Below are positions 28,409 through 37,958 of a stretch of 64,000 nucleotides of DNA, piece after piece. Location: positions 1-64,000 of the IMG/VR virus record IMGVR_UViG_3300025769_000077, one strand, 5' to 3'. A program made the translations under genes and the position numbers. Within the stretch, counting starts at the first letter, position 1. Each line of letters begins with the position of its first letter. This stretch comes from a virus. The notes under the pieces are model-generated. The model ran no database searches and had not been told where the DNA came from. It saw only the letters and a list, made by a program, of their open reading frames with translations.

Positions 28409-29035
28409 ATGAGAAACATTAATTTACCAAAAGCTAGAGTATACATAAGAAAAGATGCTTGGGAAGAATCTGATAAAGAATTTGAACCAGCTTGGCTAGT
28501 TTCAGTAAGAGCATTAAGAAATAGACCTTTATGTTTTCAAGTTTGGGTAGACAAGTATGCAGCTTGTTACGATAAAATACCTCCTCATTGTTTGTATTGG
28601 TATGCTCCAGAAGAAGATAAACCATTACCACTACACAAAATACAAATGTGGGAATGCTTGTCAGGAGAGATAGAATTATTTATTAAATCTCAACTTGCAG
28701 ATGTTCCTATGGTTGTAAACTTAGGAGAAGGTAAAGTAGCTAAAGGTCATTATTGGTTTACTTTAGATTCAATACCTGAAAAACAAGGTCTTGGTTATTT
28801 AGATATTGGAGACTCTGAACTTTTAGAGGAGCATAAAGAGATGAATGTCATTAAATTGACTAATGGTCAGATAGCTATTTATCCAAACAACAGGTTAAAA
28901 TGGTGTCCTATTTCTTTAACAACAAAAGAAGCAATAACCACTATTCCTAAATGGAAAGTAGCTGAAAATGCCAAGTGGGATGATGAGTGGCAAGACTCTG
29001 ATGAATTATTAGGTGACTCAGATTGGGCATATTAA
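28409..29035 (+). CDS. Conserved phage protein of unknown function
   Basis: EHKEMNVIKLTNGQIAIYPNNRL motif. Confidence 0.65.
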   Translation: MRNINLPKARVYIRKDAWEESDKEFEPAWLVSVRALRNRPLCFQVWVDKYAACYDKIPPHCLYWYAPEEDKPLPLHKIQMWECLSGEIELFIKSQLADVPMVVNLGEGKVAKGHYWFTLDSIPEKQGLGYLDIGDSELLEEHKEMNVIKLTNGQIAIYPNNRLKWCPISLTTKEAITTIPKWKVAENAKWDDEWQDSDELLGDSDWAY

Positions 29036-29377
29036 TTGGTTTTTTTTAAATCTTAAAAACAATGATTAAAATAGTTTTAACAATTATCATTTGGGAAATA
29101 GTTAAGTCTATAGTTCTTAATTTGTGGTATAAATATCAAAACAAATGAAATACGAAGTAGAAAAACCATTGAATAAATATCAATCTACTTGGGTTCAAGT
29201 TAAAGATTGGGAACAAGCTAAAACAAGATCCCGAATATATTGGGGTGTGATGTGGAAACGTCACATTAAAATAGGTTGAAATACCTGAGTCTTATTGACT
29301 CAAAATGCTTACAAGTACAAACCTCCACGTGGTGTAAGTGGTTAACACTAATTGTACATTGAAAACAAACAAATATT

Positions 29378-29938
29378 ATGGAAACTAAATTTATCGAAGG
29401 AACAAACGAACAGTATTCTATTAGAGAAGATGGTGCTGTTATTAGAAATTATAAATTTAAAGGTAGAAAAGAATATGGTCACATTGTATACGAAAGTACC
29501 ATCATGTCATATAAAAGAAATACCAGAAGAAATTGCAAACATATAGTTGTTCGTTCTAATAATTGTACATTTACCTGGTATAAAAATTCATTACTTGCTA
29601 AGTATTTTAATTTTATTATATGTCCTAGATGTAAAGAAAAAATAAAAACTACTAAACACATTAAAGTGTGTAAGAAATGCGTTAAAGAAAAGCAATATAA
29701 TTCTATTATGAAGTGGAGATTTAACAATAAAGATATAGTTTTAAATAGTCAAAAAAAATCATATTTAAAATATAAAGACAAATACAGAAAAAGTGCTAAT
29801 GAAAGAGTAAAGAATTTACATTCTAATTATGTAGCAAGTAAATTAAAAATACCTATATCATTATTACCTTCTGAGATTATTGAAGCAAAACGTACACAAC
29901 TTAAACTACACCGAGAATGGAAAAATTTGAACTATTAA
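29378..29938 (+). CDS. NUMOD4-like / Zn-finger protein (homing-endonuclease-related, no clear HNH core)
   Basis: KFIEGTNEQYSIREDGAV NUMOD4-like start; CPRC..CKKC. Confidence 0.5.
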   Translation: METKFIEGTNEQYSIREDGAVIRNYKFKGRKEYGHIVYESTIMSYKRNTRRNCKHIVVRSNNCTFTWYKNSLLAKYFNFIICPRCKEKIKTTKHIKVCKKCVKEKQYNSIMKWRFNNKDIVLNSQKKSYLKYKDKYRKSANERVKNLHSNYVASKLKIPISLLPSEIIEAKRTQLKLHREWKNLNY

Positions 29939-30177
29939 ATGGTCTTACTAAAGATCTCCTTCAAGACATCAAAGATGTGAGAACTGGAAAAATGAAATCT
30001 GAGAAAGCAAAGAATATTTCTAGATTAGCTTCTAATGCTATTAAATCTATTGCTCAAGTAGCTATTGCTGAAGAAAATATAGCTCTTCAAAAGAAAAAGT
30101 TAATAATGAGAAAATTAGAATTGGATCATAAAAAAGATGAGTTACAGTTTAAAAAATCTCAGAAGAATAAAAAGTAA
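29917..30177 (+). CDS. Hypothetical helical protein
   Basis: Overlaps previous gene. Confidence 0.55.
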   Translation: MEKFELLNGLTKDLLQDIKDVRTGKMKSEKAKNISRLASNAIKSIAQVAIAEENIALQKKKLIMRKLELDHKKDELQFKKSQKNKK

Positions 30178-30194
30178 ATAATTAACATGTTATC

Positions 30195-30569
30195 ATGAAG
30201 AAATATTTAATTTACAAAACACCTTTTCACGAAGGTAACATAGTTGTTACGTGTAGCACGTCAACTTATCCCGTTACTAAGACTGAGTCTTGGAGCGAAG
30301 AAGGTTTTAACAGAGCCTTAGAAGACGACACTGTTCAGATAGTAAAGTTTACTTCTGATGAATTCATAGCTAAAGATCTTAATACATCTGGTCTCACTCC
30401 AATTGGTGCAGACCGTGGTGATGTTATGTATTATGATGCAATGATTTCAATGTTCGGTAAACATGAAAGTGTTGTTGAATATGTTAAAAGAAAAAAACCA
30501 GCCAAAGTATATATGGGTGGCGGTTATTTAAGTTTAAAACAATTTTTAGATGGGACAAAAAGGAAGTAA
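30195..30569 (+). CDS. Hypothetical protein
   Basis: ORF. Confidence 0.6.
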   Translation: MKKYLIYKTPFHEGNIVVTCSTSTYPVTKTESWSEEGFNRALEDDTVQIVKFTSDEFIAKDLNTSGLTPIGADRGDVMYYDAMISMFGKHESVVEYVKRKKPAKVYMGGGYLSLKQFLDGTKRK

Positions 30570-30876
30570 GTATAAAGCAAGTAATGGACTTGTTAAGAAA
30601 AGACAAGCTTTAAAGAATAAAGCAAGAGTAAAGTATTACAGAAATACTAAGAAAGGTAAGAATCCTCATACAGGATTGGAATACTATTTACTTCAACCTC
30701 ATGGGCATGGTTCTTTTAAATTGGTTGATACATATCAAACAAGAGCCGGTGCTGAACAAGCTAAAGGTGAAAAGAAAGGATTGATGATTTATGAATCTAA
30801 AAAAATAGAAGAATTAATGTTTGTATCTGGAGATACATATACATTTTTGAAGATTAACCGAGAAGTGTTGGTGTAA
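30550..30876 (+). CDS. Hypothetical basic protein
   Basis: ORF. Confidence 0.55.
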   Translation: MGQKGSKYKASNGLVKKRQALKNKARVKYYRNTKKGKNPHTGLEYYLLQPHGHGSFKLVDTYQTRAGAEQAKGEKKGLMIYESKKIEELMFVSGDTYTFLKINREVLV

Positions 30877-30964
30877 ACCGCCTTTCGGACACATCCGCGT
30901 TAGAGAGAGAAGTTCAGAAGGAAAATCTCTCTCTTTTTTTGTTAACAAATAAATAAAAAATAAA

Positions 30965-31294
30965 ATGAAATTTCAAACACAATTAGCGAGAGCTAACAAA
31001 ACAATCAGAGAAGAAAGAGCTTTAAGAATTGCTGAAGCAGCAAGTGATGCTCAAACTAAATTAATTATGGATCTAAAGTCTCAGAAGAGAAATCTTCAGA
31101 ATAAATTAGATTCTATGACTGACCTATCTACTGATAATACTAGTACAACTACTAATATTATCTCTGCAGATTGGAATCCAGATTCATTTATGAAAGAGAT
31201 TCAATCTTTGAAAGTAGAAATTGTTCTTGTAGAACAACAGATCAAAGTAGCTGAAACAACTCAAAAAGAATGGTTCGATGAACCTGTATCTTAG
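30965..31294 (+). CDS. Coiled-coil protein
   Basis: Heptad-rich, strong A-rich leader. Confidence 0.65.
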   Translation: MKFQTQLARANKTIREERALRIAEAASDAQTKLIMDLKSQKRNLQNKLDSMTDLSTDNTSTTTNIISADWNPDSFMKEIQSLKVEIVLVEQQIKVAETTQKEWFDEPVS

Positions 31295-31745
31295 TGCGAG
31301 TAATTATATTGAGTATAAAGATGTTAAAACATTAGCAATTGATTTAACTAAAATGGGTCATAATGTAGACTATCACAAACGTGGTAGTGTTTATGACCCA
31401 TCTAAAGTTAGCAGAGCTGATGTTGTTATAGTTTTAACTGAATATGGATGGATGGCTAAAGGTGCTTGTACTGAAGTACGAAAAGCTTTAAAAGAAAGAA
31501 AATCTGTTTTTAACTATCATTGTGTAGTTGATGATTATTTAAAACCAGATGATTATGTTCATGAAGTAACTGGTGTTGAAATAAATGATTCAGAACCTTG
31601 GTCTTCTAAAATGTATGCAGAAGTTTTATTAGAATATGAAAAACGTTCATTTAAAGAACTATTTTTATCTAATTCATCTACTAAATATGATCCTGAAACT
31701 TTTGAACCAGTCAGTAATAAACTACTTTTATTATGCGCGATGTAA
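31278..31745 (+). CDS. Nucleoside 2-deoxyribosyltransferase/TIR-like fold protein
   Basis: LYLSAS..ADVVIVL..KGACTEVRKALKERKSV with catalytic-type Glu. Confidence 0.5.
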   Translation: MNLYLSASNYIEYKDVKTLAIDLTKMGHNVDYHKRGSVYDPSKVSRADVVIVLTEYGWMAKGACTEVRKALKERKSVFNYHCVVDDYLKPDDYVHEVTGVEINDSEPWSSKMYAEVLLEYEKRSFKELFLSNSSTKYDPETFEPVSNKLLLLCAM

Positions 31746-31933
31746 TTAATGCAATGATAGCTCAAGGAGCTAAAGTTGTGAAACAACCGGAAGAATTTGA
31801 ACCAGGTCTTAAAGTAATAAGAGAAAATGGTTCAGATGTGATTATAAGTGATATCAAAGACGAAGCTGACCTATTAGAGTTCACACGTCTTGGTAACTTT
31901 AAACAACGAATATTTTTTAAATGGAAAATTTAA
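31733..31933 (+). CDS. Hypothetical protein
   Basis: ORF coupled to previous gene. Confidence 0.5.
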   Translation: MRDVINAMIAQGAKVVKQPEEFEPGLKVIRENGSDVIISDIKDEADLLEFTRLGNFKQRIFFKWKI

Positions 31934-32006
31934 AACAACTATTCAAGAGAAGTACGGATATAAGATCGACTTAAAAGACATTAACTAACACAGAGTTAGT
32001 TTTCTA

Positions 32007-32059
32007 ATACCTTGATGTCATAGCTCAGCATCATACCCGTGAGCGTAATGGGAAGGTAT
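32007..32059 (+). ncRNA. Candidate three-way-junction RNA with kissing loops
   Basis: ATACCTT/AAGGTAT, GATGT/GCATC, CCCGT/ATGGG; loops GCTC/GAGC complementary. Confidence 0.45.
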
Positions 32060-32070
32060 ATTGTTTAAAC

Positions 32071-32100
32071 AAAAAGGGGTAGGAAACTACCCCACTTTTT
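32071..32100 (+). terminator. Intrinsic terminator
   Basis: GGGGTAG-GAAA-CTACCCC followed by T-tract. Confidence 0.8.
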
Positions 32101-32104
32101 AATT

Positions 32105-32380
32105 ATGTATTTTAGACACTTTCATATAAACCAACATAAAGACACCAGAGTAAATGGTCGCAGTGGTACTGTAGCTATTGAAACAGTTGGTAATAACATA
32201 AGAATTGGTGTAGCAATAACTAACCCTAAAGATAATTTTAATCGTAAACGCGGTAGACAAATATCTCAAGAGAAAATGGAGAAAAACACTTATACTAAGC
32301 TTGAAGAAACTCCTGATTTTATACAACTGTATGATATTGCTCAAGAAGCATTTGAAACAGAAGTAAATAAATTAAACTAA
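32105..32380 (+). CDS. Small phage protein with G.A...PKDNFNRKRGRQIS motif
   Basis: Motif seen in widespread small phage proteins. Confidence 0.6.
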   Translation: MYFRHFHINQHKDTRVNGRSGTVAIETVGNNIRIGVAITNPKDNFNRKRGRQISQEKMEKNTYTKLEETPDFIQLYDIAQEAFETEVNKLN

Positions 32381-32649
32381 TGGACTTTTCTGTTTATGGT
32401 ATAAAGATAGGAATGGAGTTTACCTATACAGAAATGTATAGGTTCCTTCATTCTATTGGTAAATGTGACTCACAATCTAAGTTTGTAGATAATTATGGTT
32501 TTCATAATTGGATTGTTACAGGATTCTCAGAAACAGGAGAGAAAGTCAAAATGAAAGTAGGACGTAGAGCTATTACTGGCAATGCTGAACTACTAGGTAA
32601 GTATTTTGATAAACCTAACTTAAAACTATTATTATGTTTAAATTTTTAA
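32380..32649 (+). CDS. Hypothetical protein
   Basis: ORF; ends NLKLLLCLNF. Confidence 0.55.
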   Translation: MDFSVYGIKIGMEFTYTEMYRFLHSIGKCDSQSKFVDNYGFHNWIVTGFSETGEKVKMKVGRRAITGNAELLGKYFDKPNLKLLLCLNF

Positions 32650-32764
32650 CAATTGCTTTTATAGTAATTATATTCATTGCTCTTTTTCTATTGGTAATTT
32701 ACATAAGAACAATACCTAAAAAAGAAAGAGATGAGATTATTAGAGAAGCTCATAAAAATACATT

Positions 32765-34213
32765 ATGAAAAATATTAAAGTACACGTTCCTACTCCAAAG
32801 ATATCTGCAGTAGTACAAGAGATACTTTTTAAGAATGGTATTAGATGGTCATCAGGTGATAAAAAAGTTAAAAATGCCGATGAACCTTATTTATACATTG
32901 ATGTATCAGATATGTCTTATGGTAGTGATAAAAATTCTTTCAATGAAGATTATAGACAAGAAGTAAAATATCAAGATTTTATTTTAGAAGAAGCTAAAAG
33001 AAGGTATCCTGTTGGTACTAAGTTTAAAGACCATACTATACAAAAAATTTGGACAATTAAAAATACAAATTTTACTTATTCTAATGATTATATTAACAAT
33101 TTAGAAGCAATTTATTTAGAATCTAAAGATATAGTAGAAAGTACTGAAAGTAGATGGGCAATATGTTTAGATGGTAAGTGGGCTGAAATAGTAGAAGATA
33201 CTAAACCACAATTTGAAGTAGGTAAATGGTATATTATTAATTCTGATAATTCTAGGTTTATCAATGTAGTTAAGATTAAAAAAGTATTTTCTAATACTAA
33301 AATTGAAGCTGAAAATGGTTATTATAATATCAAAAGTGATAATGGTGGTTGCAGATGGAATGCTACAACAAATAAACATGTTTGGGAAGATATTAATAAA
33401 GTTACACCATTAACATTAGAAGATGTTCAACAATACTTACCTGGTACTCATCCTGATATTATTGATAAACCTTTACCTAAAACAGTAGAAAAATGGTCTA
33501 AAGGAACTTATGTAGTTTACTTAGAAAAATTCTCTAATTTAATATCTAAGAATCAAATAGATAAAATCACTACAGAATTAAAACCTGGAGATGATTGCAT
33601 TTATACAAAATGTTATGGTTTTTTAATTTTAACAAGAGAACAAGATGGTCAAATTAAATGGTTTGCTACTAAAGAAGAAGCTGAAAAGTTTGTTAAATTA
33701 CAACAATCTATTATACCTGAATATGTAGAATGTATTAGTTCTTGGATTGGTTCATTAGGAAATAGTATAAAAGGTAAGATTTATAAAACTTCTGTACAAC
33801 CAGATTTTACTGCAAATAAATGGGAAAGTATTCTTTTACCTTCTCATTTTAAACCATCTACTAAAGAAGCATATGAAGCTCAAGAAAAATGGATACCTAA
33901 AGTAGGAGATTGGGTAGTAATTACTAAGTCTGATACTAATTGGGTTGATGAAATGGATGACTTTGTAGGTAAATGTGTACGAATTTCTAATATCATAATT
34001 GATGATGAAGTTATATTTCAAGGTAATGGTAAATGGAGTTGGATTTATTCAGATGGTCATTTTAGAAAAGCACTTCCACATGAAATTCCTCGAACTTTTT
34101 TTACACCACGCAAAACAAATGTATTCTTACATGACTTACTACTCCCTACAATAAACCGTCCAACACAACCTGTTAAATCAGAGTACTATTCTGTAGATAC
34201 AAGTATCTACTAA
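32765..34213 (+). CDS. Mosaic protein of short SH3-like modules
   Basis: EAKRRYPVGTKF, GKWAEIV, FEVGKWY, PEYVECI, PKVGDWVVI modules. Confidence 0.6.
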   Translation: MKNIKVHVPTPKISAVVQEILFKNGIRWSSGDKKVKNADEPYLYIDVSDMSYGSDKNSFNEDYRQEVKYQDFILEEAKRRYPVGTKFKDHTIQKIWTIKNTNFTYSNDYINNLEAIYLESKDIVESTESRWAICLDGKWAEIVEDTKPQFEVGKWYIINSDNSRFINVVKIKKVFSNTKIEAENGYYNIKSDNGGCRWNATTNKHVWEDINKVTPLTLEDVQQYLPGTHPDIIDKPLPKTVEKWSKGTYVVYLEKFSNLISKNQIDKITTELKPGDDCIYTKCYGFLILTREQDGQIKWFATKEEAEKFVKLQQSIIPEYVECISSWIGSLGNSIKGKIYKTSVQPDFTANKWESILLPSHFKPSTKEAYEAQEKWIPKVGDWVVITKSDTNWVDEMDDFVGKCVRISNIIIDDEVIFQGNGKWSWIYSDGHFRKALPHEIPRTFFTPRKTNVFLHDLLLPTINRPTQPVKSEYYSVDTSIY

Positions 34214-34253
34214 ACAAGTTTTTAATTAATTAAATCAATAAAAAACAAAAACA

Positions 34254-34703
34254 ATGTCAAACAGAAAATTTTCTCTTGTAACAAAAATTATGGCTATTTT
34301 CAACTTAGGTGAAGAAGGTAAACTTCATTCATTCTTTGAACAAATTGAAAAATCAGCTAAATTGGACATCAAGAAACTTGAACAAAACATTAAGAAAGCT
34401 GAACTTGATTATGAAATCACAATGCAATCATTAAATGATAACATTGAAGATGCAAAACAAGCATTGGATAATGCTTACGTAGACATTAAGATTGAAGAGT
34501 TGGAAACAAACATCTCTCAAAAAAGATACATGGAAACCTACTTAAGAAACATTAAGGATAAGGAACAACGTGTAGAGTCTTTGGAACAAGAAAAGAAAGA
34601 CACAATTGAAGCTTTTGAAAAAAGTGTAGGAGAATTTAGAAAGTCTATTTCTACTATCGAAAGTAGACTTGATAAGATTTTAGCTGAAGAATCAGCTGAA
34701 TAG
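34254..34703 (+). CDS. Coiled-coil protein
   Basis: Heptad-rich; followed by terminator. Confidence 0.65.
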   Translation: MSNRKFSLVTKIMAIFNLGEEGKLHSFFEQIEKSAKLDIKKLEQNIKKAELDYEITMQSLNDNIEDAKQALDNAYVDIKIEELETNISQKRYMETYLRNIKDKEQRVESLEQEKKDTIEAFEKSVGEFRKSISTIESRLDKILAEESAE

Positions 34704-34724
34704 GTTGCAATTTTAATATTCATT

Positions 34725-34752
34725 AAAGGAGTGGGGAAACTCACTCCTTTTT
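34725..34752 (+). terminator. Intrinsic terminator
   Basis: AAAGGAGTG/CACTCCTTT hairpin. Confidence 0.8.
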
Positions 34753-34870
34753 AATTTTAATATTATGGATGAAGTTTATATAGATTCGTATAAAAAGGCT
34801 ATGCAATACTGGAGAATAAGGGAAAAAGCATATTTCAATAGAATATTGAAAACAGGAGATACTAAAGAAA

Positions 34871-35230
34871 ATGAATATTATGAAAAATGAAATAATAAGT
34901 TTTGAAACAGCTAAGTTAGCTAAAGAGAAAGGTGTAAATTTTACATCCGATGGAAAAGTTTATAATGATATAGGATTATTATGTGATAATGGATTTCATA
35001 ATTTAGATGAAATAGATATTGAATATGATATTCCTGCACCAACTCAAAGTCTATTACAACGTTGGTTAAGAGAAGTTCATAATATATTTTTAACAGTAGA
35101 ATATAGTTTATCAAATGATAATTGGTTTTATTATTTATACAAACAAGAATTTAATAAATATATTCATTTTAAAATATATGAAAAAGCTCTCGAAGCTGGA
35201 TTATTAGAAGCATTGAAACTAATAAAGTAA
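34871..35230 (+). CDS. Conserved Bacteroidota-phage protein
   Basis: SFETAKLAKEKG..APTQSLLQRWLREVHNI..EALKLIK. Confidence 0.65.
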   Translation: MNIMKNEIISFETAKLAKEKGVNFTSDGKVYNDIGLLCDNGFHNLDEIDIEYDIPAPTQSLLQRWLREVHNIFLTVEYSLSNDNWFYYLYKQEFNKYIHFKIYEKALEAGLLEALKLIK

Positions 35231-35235
35231 AAACA

Positions 35236-35312
35236 TACCGTAATGTGGAAGTGAGACCCTCATGAAGTCTTTGCGAGAATTCGCCACTGCTGTTCGATTC
35301 AGTAATACGGTA
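35236..35312 (+). ncRNA. tRNA-like element lacking a D-stem
   Basis: Acceptor-like TACCGTA/TACGGTA, T-arm TGCTG-TTCGATT-CAGTA, CAT-containing loop, extra GCGA/TCGC arm. Confidence 0.5.
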
Positions 35313-35319
35313 CTAGACC

Positions 35320-35421
35320 AACCACACTTGGTACGTAAAGAAATGCCTGCAATAAAGCCGGTGGCACGAAATAGGATTGGTCTCCTATGGGTTCCGGTTC
35401 GTACAATGAGTGTGGTTTTTT
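35320..35421 (+). ncRNA. Candidate structured RNA ending in T-tract
   Basis: AACCACACT/AGTGTGGTT and GTACG/CGTAC close TGCC/GGCA and TAGGA/TCCTA hairpins. Confidence 0.45.
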
Positions 35422-35601
35422 AATTAAAAACATTGAAAATGAAAAGATTATTAAATGATTTTAAATTTGGATTTAAAAATCCTGATGAAGTTGTACAAGA
35501 AATTGAAGAAATGTACAAAAAACAGCACTCAGTGTATTTTGTATGTGGTTCGCTATGTACAATAATTATTATGTTAATTGTTAACTTTTTAATAAAATAG
35601 T

Positions 35602-36441
35602 ATGGAAATACGACAAGGACAAAAACATGTTATTTATGATAACAAAGAGTCTAAATTATTGCAAATTCCTATTGGAGCAGAATTAAGAAATGGTTTATCT
35701 TCAGGTTTTTATCAATTAAAAAAAATACCTACTATGATGGGTACTAAAGTACAATTAATTGACCATGAACCTAGAATACCAACTTCATCTATCTTAGTAG
35801 CACAAGAGATAGTTGATTTTAATTATTTAGATGAGTTATTTTCTAACTTATCTAAGAAACTACATGAAAACCTTAACTTGAATAGAAAAGTTGGTTATTT
35901 ATTACATGGTAAACAAGGTAGTGGTAAAACTACTACAATGTATGCTATGGCTAAAAAACTAGTCGATTCTTATGATTGTTGTGTTTTCACTGTAGAAGAA
36001 AAAGAAGATTTTCATTTTTTAATTGATATGATACTTGAGTTTAGAGAAGTTAAAGACTTTAAAGCTGTTATTATATTAGATGAATGTGAAAATGAACTTA
36101 ATAATTACGAGAGTTATTTTAAATCTCTATTAGATGGTACAGATTCATTAAATGACTGTGTGTTTTTAATGTCTACTAATTATATTGATAATATTCCTAA
36201 TACTATAAAAAATAGACCTTCAAGGTTTAAGTATGTACTAAATATAGATGGTATAGAAGAAGAAAGTGTAATTTATGAAATTATGAAACACATGAATGAC
36301 TCTCTTGATGAAAATGTTAGATTAGGTGATGAAAGTATAAGAAGTTATGTAAATGATCTTAAAGGTTCTACTTTGGATGAAATAAAAACTAAATTTATGG
36401 AAATTGCATTTTTTGAAAATAACTTAATACAAATGGTATGA
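35602..36441 (+). CDS. AAA+ ATPase
   Basis: LLHGKQGSGKT, IILDECE, STNY, RPSRF. Confidence 0.85.
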   Translation: MEIRQGQKHVIYDNKESKLLQIPIGAELRNGLSSGFYQLKKIPTMMGTKVQLIDHEPRIPTSSILVAQEIVDFNYLDELFSNLSKKLHENLNLNRKVGYLLHGKQGSGKTTTMYAMAKKLVDSYDCCVFTVEEKEDFHFLIDMILEFREVKDFKAVIILDECENELNNYESYFKSLLDGTDSLNDCVFLMSTNYIDNIPNTIKNRPSRFKYVLNIDGIEEESVIYEIMKHMNDSLDENVRLGDESIRSYVNDLKGSTLDEIKTKFMEIAFFENNLIQMV

Positions 36442-37040
36442 AAATTTACTATAAAAAAGATTACAATGATCATTTTCTTTTAGTAATACATAAACTACCT
36501 GATGAAATTAAAAACAATTTTAATCTTTCTAGTTTAATTTTTAAATGTTATTCTAATTATTTTTTTCAAACAAAATACAATTTTAATGATTATAGTTTAT
36601 TAGAAAAAAATCAAACTGAAGAAATTGTTAATAAAATATTTAATGGTAAAGATATTTCTTATAAAGATAATTTTTTTCAAATAGGAGATATGAAATTAGC
36701 ACGTAATGCACTTTTATATTCTTATACTCTTACTTATTCTCAAGTAATAACTAAAAGAATTGAAAAATCTTGTATTATAAGATATAAATCTCCATTATTC
36801 AAACATCGTTCTATTAATTTAAATACTTACGCAGTTGTCCCTCGTTCTTTTGTTTTATTTAACACAGAAATAATTGGTTCACCTAAAGTAATTAAAAATC
36901 ATGGAATTGAATATTATCTTATAGATAATAATTATACTTCATTAAAAGGACATATATTAAAATTTGCTGAAGTTGATATTAATGAGGTACAATATGAAAA
37001 TTTTAGTCCTGATGATATAGTTGATAAATTATATGTATGA
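36438..37040 (+). CDS. Hypothetical protein
   Basis: Very AT-rich ORF; ends DDIVDKLYV. Confidence 0.55.
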   Translation: MKIYYKKDYNDHFLLVIHKLPDEIKNNFNLSSLIFKCYSNYFFQTKYNFNDYSLLEKNQTEEIVNKIFNGKDISYKDNFFQIGDMKLARNALLYSYTLTYSQVITKRIEKSCIIRYKSPLFKHRSINLNTYAVVPRSFVLFNTEIIGSPKVIKNHGIEYYLIDNNYTSLKGHILKFAEVDINEVQYENFSPDDIVDKLYV

Positions 37041-37323
37041 TAAAATCAAATTATTTGACATTGCACAAACTAAGGATTTAGTAAAAAAAACTACTAAAAT
37101 TAAGAAAAAACCTAAGTTTGTGACTATTGAAAGAACTGAAGAAGAAATAAAAGAAAGGTTTATAAGATTTCTAAAAAATAAAAATAAACAATTTTTATTT
37201 AGTAGTCACTACAATGATTCCAATAGTAAATTATGGAATACCTTTTTAAACTATAACAAAAAATGGTTTAGTTATAAACTAAAAAGGGTTCCCACTCAAC
37301 AAGTTTTCTATAATTTTAAATAA
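37021..37323 (+). CDS. Hypothetical basic protein
   Basis: ORF. Confidence 0.5.
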   Translation: MINYMYDKIKLFDIAQTKDLVKKTTKIKKKPKFVTIERTEEEIKERFIRFLKNKNKQFLFSSHYNDSNSKLWNTFLNYNKKWFSYKLKRVPTQQVFYNFK

Positions 37324-37331
37324 CTTTAAAA

Positions 37332-37955
37332 ATGGATTTATTAAATTCAGGCACTGCATTTGTAAGAAAGTGGTGGGTAAACGAAAACAGTTCTAAAAAC
37401 CAGTGTGGTGTACAATTTGTACAAAAAGTATCTAAACCTGTAGAAGGAGCTTCTTTATTAGTAGCTTTAGCTCAAGGTAATGAAAATGCTGATAGTACAA
37501 TTCCTACTGCTGTAATGTCTTTCAGTAAAGATGTTGTAGTTCAACACTTAGGTAGTGAATCTGGTACTTTCTTAGATGAGAATGACAAACTTAAAGACAA
37601 TGCTATGACAGCAAAAGCTTTATTTTCTGCTATGCTCGGAAAAGAAATTCCAGAAGTAAACATTCAAATAGAAGAAAATTTCTCTTCTGTTACAGACAAT
37701 GATGGAAATATTGTTAGAGATAGTGATAACAATCCTATCGGTAGAAAACAAAATCCATCTACTAATCAAACGGTTCGAGCATTCGATGAGAATGGTGAAC
37801 TTAAAGATGTTTACAGACACACTACTATGGTAGCTGGTCCTGTTGAAAACATATTTGTAAAATCTGCTACTAGAGCTGAGATCAATGCTTATGAACGTCA
37901 AGGTTCACAAGTAGAAGAATCAACTTTAGTTGGTGCAGATGAACATGGTGTTTAA
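37332..37955 (+). CDS. Hypothetical protein with acidic tail
   Basis: ORF followed by terminator. Confidence 0.65.
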   Translation: MDLLNSGTAFVRKWWVNENSSKNQCGVQFVQKVSKPVEGASLLVALAQGNENADSTIPTAVMSFSKDVVVQHLGSESGTFLDENDKLKDNAMTAKALFSAMLGKEIPEVNIQIEENFSSVTDNDGNIVRDSDNNPIGRKQNPSTNQTVRAFDENGELKDVYRHTTMVAGPVENIFVKSATRAEINAYERQGSQVEESTLVGADEHGV

Positions 37956-37958
37956 TTT

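Noticed and set aside
29323-29349. tRNA gene (GTGGTGTAAGTGGTTAACAC)
   Set aside because: D-arm-like fragment only; no T-arm or acceptor partner
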